Shown here piece by piece: positions 58,330 to 64,000 of a stretch of 64,000 nt of DNA. Made by a program: the position numbers and the translations under genes. Source of the DNA: Eubacteriales bacterium (lineage in GTDB: Bacteria > Bacillota > Clostridia > Oscillospirales > CAG-272); contig JBGVHJ010000019.1 of the NCBI GenBank assembly GCA_045122255.1, positions 2,345 to 66,344 of the forward strand, in the 5' to 3' direction. Position 1 is the first letter of the stretch. The number at the start of each line of letters is the position of its first letter. Under the pieces are notes generated by a model. It ran no database searches. It was not told the origin of the DNA and was given only the letters and a program-made list of their open reading frames with translations.

Positions 58330-60408
58330 TTATTTAAGGTTGGATTCCTTTTCGTATACCTTCCAGAGGTAAGAGTAGTTGGAGGATTCCTCCTTGAACT
58401 CTTCCCAAGTGAGCTTTCTGAACGCATCGCTTCCAAGGTAGGAGAGCTTGTTGTCCTGGAACTCTTCGAAGTGAGCCTCGAGGAAGTCGGAGCAATTCTT
58501 GAGGTATGCATCGTAGTTGGATACGGAGCACCATCTGAGAGCGCACTGACCGTAATAGGTAGAGTCATTTTCCCACCAAAGAGTGGTGTTGTTGAGCTTG
58601 AGCTTGTCATTTACGAGATATGCGGTCTTGTTGTATACAACGGGGATAACGGGCATATCGTTCATCAGAATTTCTTCAGCCTTGTGGAGGTCTGCGGAGC
58701 GCTTGGAGATCTTCTTTTCAGCAAAGATCTTTTCCATAAGAGCATTGTATTCCTCGGAATCGTATCCTGTAACGTGGGGAGTCATCTGGTAGTTCTGAGA
58801 GTCGGACATATCCATCTTCTGACCGGAGAATGCCTTTGCGAAGGGAGCGAGAACCGAGAAGGGATCTGCGGAGATCGCTACCATATCAAGAAGGATAACC
58901 TCGAAATCGCCGTTTACGAGGTCTTCGTAATAGAGGTCGTCACAAATATCAGCGGGAACGCCGTCAACAAGCTTGTAATAGTCGTTGTTTGCGATAGTTC
59001 CGCGAGCTTCGAGCTTAACATCGAAGCCGAGCTTTTCCCAAGCGGTCTTGATCTCGTTTGCGATGTAGGTCTGAACCTCATCGTATGTCGCATAGGTAAG
59101 GGTGATGGTGTAGTCGGAAGCCTTTATTCCTGCATCCTTGAGAAGCTTCTTTGCGGCAGCCTCGTCCTTGGTGAGGTACTGATAGTTGCCGGTAGCGTTA
59201 TCGCGGAAGAGCTTGCCTGCGGAGCTGGATTCGAAAACTCCGGTAGGAACAAGACCGTCTGCAGCCTCTGCAAATACCAGCTTTTCAGCAATGGCCTCAC
59301 GGTCGATGACCATGGAGAGCGCGCGTCTTACGGCGGGGTTGGAGTAGAGAGCACCGTTGGTCTCATCGTTCTGGTTGAAGTAGATTGTAGTGGTGGAAAG
59401 AGAATCCTTAACAACAGCCTCGTTCTTGTATTCCTCTCTGAGGGACATAGGAATGTCACCCATGTAAAGAACGGTTCCGTTTTCGTAAGCTTCCTTGAGG
59501 GTCTCATCGTCCATTGCACAGTCAACGATGATTCTGTAGGGAGTAACCGAAACGTCAAGATTCTGATCCTTTGAGCTGTCTCTGTAATAGTAGGAGTTTC
59601 TTTCGAGGATAAAGCTGTTTACTACCTGCTCGTTGAAGGTCTTGGATTCGGAAGCCTTGCCCCAGGTACCCTTGTCCTCATCCTTAACGTCATAGTTAAC
59701 GTCGTCGTACTTTACTCTGGAGTTCTGGGAGAAGCTGATACGTCCGAGCTTGAAGGGACCGCTACAGATCATTGTACCGGGCTTCTTTGCCCAGTCGGAG
59801 TTCTTCGCACCGCCTACAACGTCCTCACGGAGAGGAGCGAGAGCCAGGCTTGTAAGGTTGAGAACGAACTGATCGTAATCGATAGGACCGTTGAACTGAA
59901 TGGTGAGACGCTTCTTGTCCGCGGTGATCTTGATATCATCCTTGGAGCCTTCGTTCTCATTGTACTCACGTGCGCCCATAATGTCGAAGAGAAGAGCCGC
60001 AGCCTCGAAGGAATAGTTGGGGTTGAGCAATCTCTTCCAAGCAAATACAACGTCGTCTGCGGTAACGGGGGTGTTATCGGACCAGTTGGTGTTTGCCATG
60101 GTAATGTACATGAAGTATTCGCCTTCCTCCTCGTTCTCCTCGATGGAATAGCTTGCGGCGAGAGAGGGGCTTACCTTTCCGTCCTTATCGAGAACGAAAA
60201 GAGTATCGAAAAGAAGACCTACGACTGCTCTTGTAGCCTCATTCTTGTAAGCACGGGCAGGGTCGAGGTCGTATACGGTTTCAGTAAGATACATTGTGAT
60301 CTGCTGACCTTTGTATTCCGAAGTGGGGGAGATGCTACCTGCACAGCTGGCGAGCACACCGACCATAAGGGCGAGACAAAGGGCAAAAGCGAATATGCGC
60401 TTTTTCAT
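58330..60408 (-). CDS. ABC transporter substrate-binding lipoprotein (family 5, peptide/oligosaccharide type)
   Basis: Signal peptide with lipobox (LASCAG). About 690 aa with the size and pattern of a family-5 SBP. The start at 60408 follows AGGAGG. No permease or ATPase genes are adjacent. Confidence 0.7.
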   Translation of the reverse strand: MKKRIFAFALCLALMVGVLASCAGSISPTSEYKGQQITMYLTETVYDLDPARAYKNEATRAVVGLLFDTLFVLDKDGKVSPSLAASYSIEENEEEGEYFMYITMANTNWSDNTPVTADDVVFAWKRLLNPNYSFEAAALLFDIMGAREYNENEGSKDDIKITADKKRLTIQFNGPIDYDQFVLNLTSLALAPLREDVVGGAKNSDWAKKPGTMICSGPFKLGRISFSQNSRVKYDDVNYDVKDEDKGTWGKASESKTFNEQVVNSFILERNSYYYRDSSKDQNLDVSVTPYRIIVDCAMDDETLKEAYENGTVLYMGDIPMSLREEYKNEAVVKDSLSTTTIYFNQNDETNGALYSNPAVRRALSMVIDREAIAEKLVFAEAADGLVPTGVFESSSAGKLFRDNATGNYQYLTKDEAAAKKLLKDAGIKASDYTITLTYATYDEVQTYIANEIKTAWEKLGFDVKLEARGTIANNDYYKLVDGVPADICDDLYYEDLVNGDFEVILLDMVAISADPFSVLAPFAKAFSGQKMDMSDSQNYQMTPHVTGYDSEEYNALMEKIFAEKKISKRSADLHKAEEILMNDMPVIPVVYNKTAYLVNDKLKLNNTTLWWENDSTYYGQCALRWCSVSNYDAYLKNCSDFLEAHFEEFQDNKLSYLGSDAFRKLTWEEFKEESSNYSYLWKVYEKESNLK

Positions 60409-60751
60409 AATAGGGTTCCTCCTCTTGTGTGTGAAAATCTTAAACAAATCAGGGTGATTCACAATATTGTAATTATATCATAAATTTTCAAAATAATCAA
60501 TAGAATAAATGACTAATAATTAATAATCGTGATTCTGCACAGTTGAAGACGGTTGATTTTGTGCATTTCTTACATCAAAATCTCGCTTTCAAGCCATACG
60601 GATATATTATAAAACTTTTTTAGGCAAAAAACAATCAAAAACTCATTCCAATTTGTAAATTTTAAGTAAATTAGTGTTTTGCGGCAGTAATAACGGGCAT
60701 CCGCCCTCAATAAAATGGTTGTAGATCAAAAGCCTATGGGGGATATGTAAA

Positions 60752-61831
60752 ATGGATAGCTGTGAGAACAGAGACTGTATAGTTTATGACGGCAAGAGTG
60801 TGGCGTTGAGTCTGCACCGACCGAAGGAATATTATCTTAAAAGAGCAATTGCCCTCGCGGTAACTACTCTTACCTTGATGCTGGTAGGCGCGGTGATCGG
60901 CATTGCCGTGCTGCGCGGAGATATTATTCGGGCGCTGGGTAGCGGCGGAACGGGCGGAGACCTTGGAGGTGCCGCCGTGGGGGATGGCAGGGAGACGGAG
61001 GAGAAGGATGACAGTCCCGCCGCCTCCGAAAGCGAAAGTGAAGATAACGGTGCTTCGGACGACGGTGACAGTCCTGTTGGCGGTGAAGCTCAGCCTCCCG
61101 AAAATGAGACCGCCGTGGAATACGTAACGAAGGATCTTTCCTGCTCTGAGCTTGGCGACGCTTACATCATAAATCATACAAGGCTGAATCCGGACGTCAA
61201 GGGGCTTCTTGAAATGGGATTTCGCGGCGGCAGGTATACTTATAGCGAAGCTCCCGTGGTGCTGATATTGCATACTCATACCTCGGAAGGATATTTTGAT
61301 GCCGACGAGAGCGATCCTTTGCATATTCTCAACAGGAGCGTTCTCACGGTGGGAGAGCGCATTGCCTACAAGCTTTCGCAAAAGGGAGTACCGGCGGTGC
61401 ATTGTACCGTTATTCACGACGGCGAAGGGGATGCCTATCTTAATGCCGCCGACACTATTAAAATGATGATGAAGATCTATCCGACGATCGAATACGTTAT
61501 CGATCTTCATAGAGCGGAGGAGCTCGACGGCGACGGTATACCAATAAGGAGCGAATCGGCTTTGGGAAGCTCGCAGATAAGGGTGACGGTCAGCAGCAGA
61601 GGGGTGCTGACGGGAGAAAGCCTTGCCTTGGCGCTTTGCTTGCGCAGAGAGCTGAATTCGGGCGACAGAAGGCTCTGCATGCCGGTGGTGCTGACGGACA
61701 GTAAATATAATGCCGATCTGTCGCCCTATTATCTGAAGGTGGATGTAGGCACGCAGGCAAACGGAACGGCGGAATCTTTGGCGGCGGGCGAAGCGTTTGC
61801 CGAAGCCCTCACGGAGATTTTGAAGAAATAA
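60752..61831 (+). CDS. spoIIP: stage II sporulation protein P
   Basis: N-terminal transmembrane anchor, then a SpoIIP pattern (VLILHTHTSEGY...VIDLHR). Confidence 0.8.
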   Translation: MDSCENRDCIVYDGKSVALSLHRPKEYYLKRAIALAVTTLTLMLVGAVIGIAVLRGDIIRALGSGGTGGDLGGAAVGDGRETEEKDDSPAASESESEDNGASDDGDSPVGGEAQPPENETAVEYVTKDLSCSELGDAYIINHTRLNPDVKGLLEMGFRGGRYTYSEAPVVLILHTHTSEGYFDADESDPLHILNRSVLTVGERIAYKLSQKGVPAVHCTVIHDGEGDAYLNAADTIKMMMKIYPTIEYVIDLHRAEELDGDGIPIRSESALGSSQIRVTVSSRGVLTGESLALALCLRRELNSGDRRLCMPVVLTDSKYNADLSPYYLKVDVGTQANGTAESLAAGEAFAEALTEILKK

Positions 61832-61836
61832 ACGGT

Positions 61837-62047
61837 GGTAAATTGCGATTTATCTGTGAGACGATTGCTAACGAAAGCCTCCCTTGTGTAAAGGGAGGTG
61901 GATCGCGTAGCGAGACGGAGGGATTGTAAAAGTAACATTTCACAGCAAAACAATCCCTCAGTCAGCTTCGCTGACAGCTCCCTTTACACAAGGGAGCCTT
62001 ACCGCGTAAATCTGTTTCGCTAACACACCGACAAATCAAAATTTGAA
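61837..62047 (+). repeat. mosaic palindromic intergenic element, copy E
   Basis: GGTAAATTGCGATTTATC lies 5 nt after the spoIIP stop and AAATCAAAATTTGAA at 62033-62047. The interior is a long imperfect hairpin (GCCTCCCTTGTGTAAAGGGAG / CTCCCTTTACACAAGGGAGCC; GGAGGGATTGT / ACAATCCCTC). Confidence 0.8.
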
Positions 62048-62082
62048 CTCCAAATAAAATATATTTCTCACGAGGTTACAAT

Positions 62083-62391
62083 ATGAACAAAGAAAACAAT
62101 AAAAAAAGAGAAAATAGAGGGCGGATCCGGTCCTTTCTCCGCGACAGCGTATCGCTTCCGTCCGATGCTTTTGCCGCCAATTTCGGCATCGAAATGCGCG
62201 GCAGGGGTCTGCTTTTTATGCAGGGCTGCCGAAGTATAGTCAAATATTCCACCACCGAGATGATCCTTGCGACAAAAGGCTTTCTCGTCAATATAAGGGG
62301 AGAGCGGCTGGAATGTACTACCTATCACGGTGGCACGGTAACGGTGGAGGGAAGGATCGACGCTATTGACTTTTCGAAAGAGGAGGAGTAG
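62083..62391 (+). CDS. yqfC: sporulation protein YqfC (YabP/YqfC family)
   Basis: About 100 aa with an IEMRGRGLLFMQGCRSIVKYSTTEMIL...ITVEGRIDAIDF pattern. Followed by yqfD and phoH as in Bacillus. Confidence 0.8.
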   Translation: MNKENNKKRENRGRIRSFLRDSVSLPSDAFAANFGIEMRGRGLLFMQGCRSIVKYSTTEMILATKGFLVNIRGERLECTTYHGGTVTVEGRIDAIDFSKEEE

Positions 62392-62396
62392 ACAGA

Positions 62397-63605
62397 ATGA
62401 ATCCAAGCTATATTTTAATGGGCGCTGTGATCCTTCGCGCTGACGGAGAGCAAATTTCAGCTCTGCTTGATCTCTGCCTGCGCCGCGGTATACCTTATGC
62501 CGACCTGATTTCCACCGCCGAGGGGTACAGCATCACGCTCCGCTATTCGGCATACTACAAGCTGAAAAAAGCGGCGGCGAAGGAAGGCATCGAGCTGCAC
62601 GTAAGCTCGCGCCACGGTCTGCCTGCCTTGCTTGAACGGTACAAATTTCGTTTCGGCATTCCCGTTGGGGTTATGATGGCGGCGATTATAGTCATATTTT
62701 CCCATCTTTTCGTCTGGGATATCGACGTCACGGGTAACGAGACGATCACCGCGGCAGAGGTGCGCGAGCTTTTAAAAAACGAGGGCTTTAAGGTGGGCAG
62801 CTACATACCTCTTGCCAACACCGACCGCATCGAAAACAAGATCATGATGAAGACCGACGGCATATCATGGATGTCGATAAATATCATCGGCACGGTGGCA
62901 GAGGTGCAGATAAGAGAGTACGCGCCGCCAAGCTCCGAGATCGAGATCGGCTCCCCCGCGCACCTTGTGGCGAGCAAGTCGGGGACGGTTGAGGAGGTCA
63001 GGATCATACGCGGCGAGGCGGTGGTTTCTACCGGGCTGTACGTGGAAAAGGGCGACGTGCTGGTCAGCGGAATTATAGAGAGTGAGAGGCACGGACTCAG
63101 ATACGAGAGGGCGCAAGGCGAGGTCTTCGCGCGGACGAAAAGCGAATTTGTGATAGAAATCCCCTTCGAATATGAAGCTAAAAGCTATACGGGGGAGGAA
63201 TTTTATGAAAAATATTTAAATTTTTTTGACTTTTCAATTAATATTTTAAAAAATAGTGGAAATGAAGGGGTATTTTATGATAAAATAAGTATAGTGGAGA
63301 ATTTTTGCTTTCCCGACGGAAAGGAGACACCGTTTGGTGTGCGAACCGACAAATACAGAGCCTATGAAACGGTGACGCTGACAAGAACGCCCGAGGAAGC
63401 CGAGGAGCTTGCATATTTCGCTCTGGCTGAAAGGCTTGCTTCTCTCGCGGAGGATTCTACGGTCACGCGCAAGAGAGTGACACCTATCGTCGGCAAGGAT
63501 TCTTTTATGCTTATCTGCTCGGTGGAGCTGATCGAAAATATAGCCGAAACGAGAGAGTTTGAGCCCGATATTTTCGGAGGTCAGACACGGCGAGAGCAGG
63601 AGTGA
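62397..63605 (+). CDS. yqfD: sporulation protein YqfD
   Basis: About 400 aa with a central transmembrane segment (GIPVGVMMAAIIVIFSHLFVW). Conserved order yqfC-yqfD-phoH. Confidence 0.8.
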   Translation: MNPSYILMGAVILRADGEQISALLDLCLRRGIPYADLISTAEGYSITLRYSAYYKLKKAAAKEGIELHVSSRHGLPALLERYKFRFGIPVGVMMAAIIVIFSHLFVWDIDVTGNETITAAEVRELLKNEGFKVGSYIPLANTDRIENKIMMKTDGISWMSINIIGTVAEVQIREYAPPSSEIEIGSPAHLVASKSGTVEEVRIIRGEAVVSTGLYVEKGDVLVSGIIESERHGLRYERAQGEVFARTKSEFVIEIPFEYEAKSYTGEEFYEKYLNFFDFSINILKNSGNEGVFYDKISIVENFCFPDGKETPFGVRTDKYRAYETVTLTRTPEEAEELAYFALAERLASLAEDSTVTRKRVTPIVGKDSFMLICSVELIENIAETREFEPDIFGGQTRREQE

Positions 63606-63639
63606 TACATTTCGGAATTGTTTCCGAAGAAAGGAAGAT

Positions 63640-64000
63640 ATGAGCAACAAGATAATCAAGGTGGAATCGCCCGACATAATCCCGTCGGTCTTCGGTTCCT
63701 TCGATTCAAACGTAAAGCTGATCGAGAAAAAATTCGGTGTCTATATCAAGAACCGCATCGCCGACAGCGGAGAGGACGTTATAGTTGTGGCAGGCGATAA
63801 CGACGACACCGTCGCGCTTGCGGCAAAGGCATTGGCATATCTCGTCAAAATGGCGAAATATAACGAAAATATCACCGATCAGAGCGTAATATACGTCTGC
63901 GACATGGTCACGTCGGGCAACTCGGGTGAGCTTGAGGAGCTTGGCGACGATACGATCTGCGTCACCATGAAGGGCAAGCCCATCAAGGCGAAGACGGTGG
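63640..64000 (+). CDS. phoH: PhoH-family protein, N-terminal part (3' end lies outside the window)
   Basis: Position after yqfD. The N-terminal KH-like region is typical of long PhoH proteins. The ATPase core lies beyond the window, so the call rests on synteny. Confidence 0.6.
   Translation, partial: MSNKIIKVESPDIIPSVFGSFDSNVKLIEKKFGVYIKNRIADSGEDVIVVAGDNDDTVALAAKALAYLVKMAKYNENITDQSVIYVCDMVTSGNSGELEELGDDTICVTMKGKPIKAKTV

Noticed and set aside
60463-60751. Sigma-E-like -10 (CATACGGA at about 60595) upstream of spoIIP
   Set aside because: It is a weak partial match about 150 nt from the start codon with no convincing -35. That is not enough to call a promoter.
1823-62047. Possibility that the repeated elements are a CRISPR array or IS elements
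   Set aside because: The copies are dispersed over 60 kb rather than in a regularly spaced array. They carry no transposase ORF, and no cas genes are present. They fit REP/BIME/MITE-like elements instead.

Overview
This 64 kb window looks like a core chromosomal segment of an endospore-forming Clostridia-class Firmicute. That call is an inference from gene content: spo0A, spoIIP, yqfC/yqfD, ytfJ/ytfI, scpAB, smc-ftsY, a T-box leader and an L20 leader. I support about 58 protein genes. Most are housekeeping: lon, engB, infC-rpmI-rplT, dprA-topA-trmFO-plsX-rnc-smc-ftsY, rdgB-yhbY-nadD-yqeK-rsfS, ruvX, pheST, glnS, gltX. A few are carbohydrate or accessory genes: a glycoside-hydrolase fragment, a GH36-like alpha-galactosidase, a polysaccharide deacetylase, an oxidoreductase/ThuA pair, two AraC regulators and two lipoproteins. 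I saw no rRNA, tRNA, CRISPR array, transposase, integrase or recognisable defence or toxin system. Five things are worth a second look. (1) A mosaic palindromic intergenic repeat family with conserved termini; all five copies lie in the 3'-UTR position of a gene. (2) A second copy of the last 22 codons of spo0A, differing only at synonymous sites, separated from the live gene end by one repeat unit. (3) A self-contained promoter, about 215-nt structured terminator-containing leader and 54-codon six-cysteine ORF. (4) A compact (678 aa) glycyl-radical enzyme with its activase and a divergent AraC regulator, bracketed by two repeat copies. (5) An AT-rich lipoprotein gene bracketed by repeat copies. 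All functional calls rest on motif recognition by eye; no database search was run.
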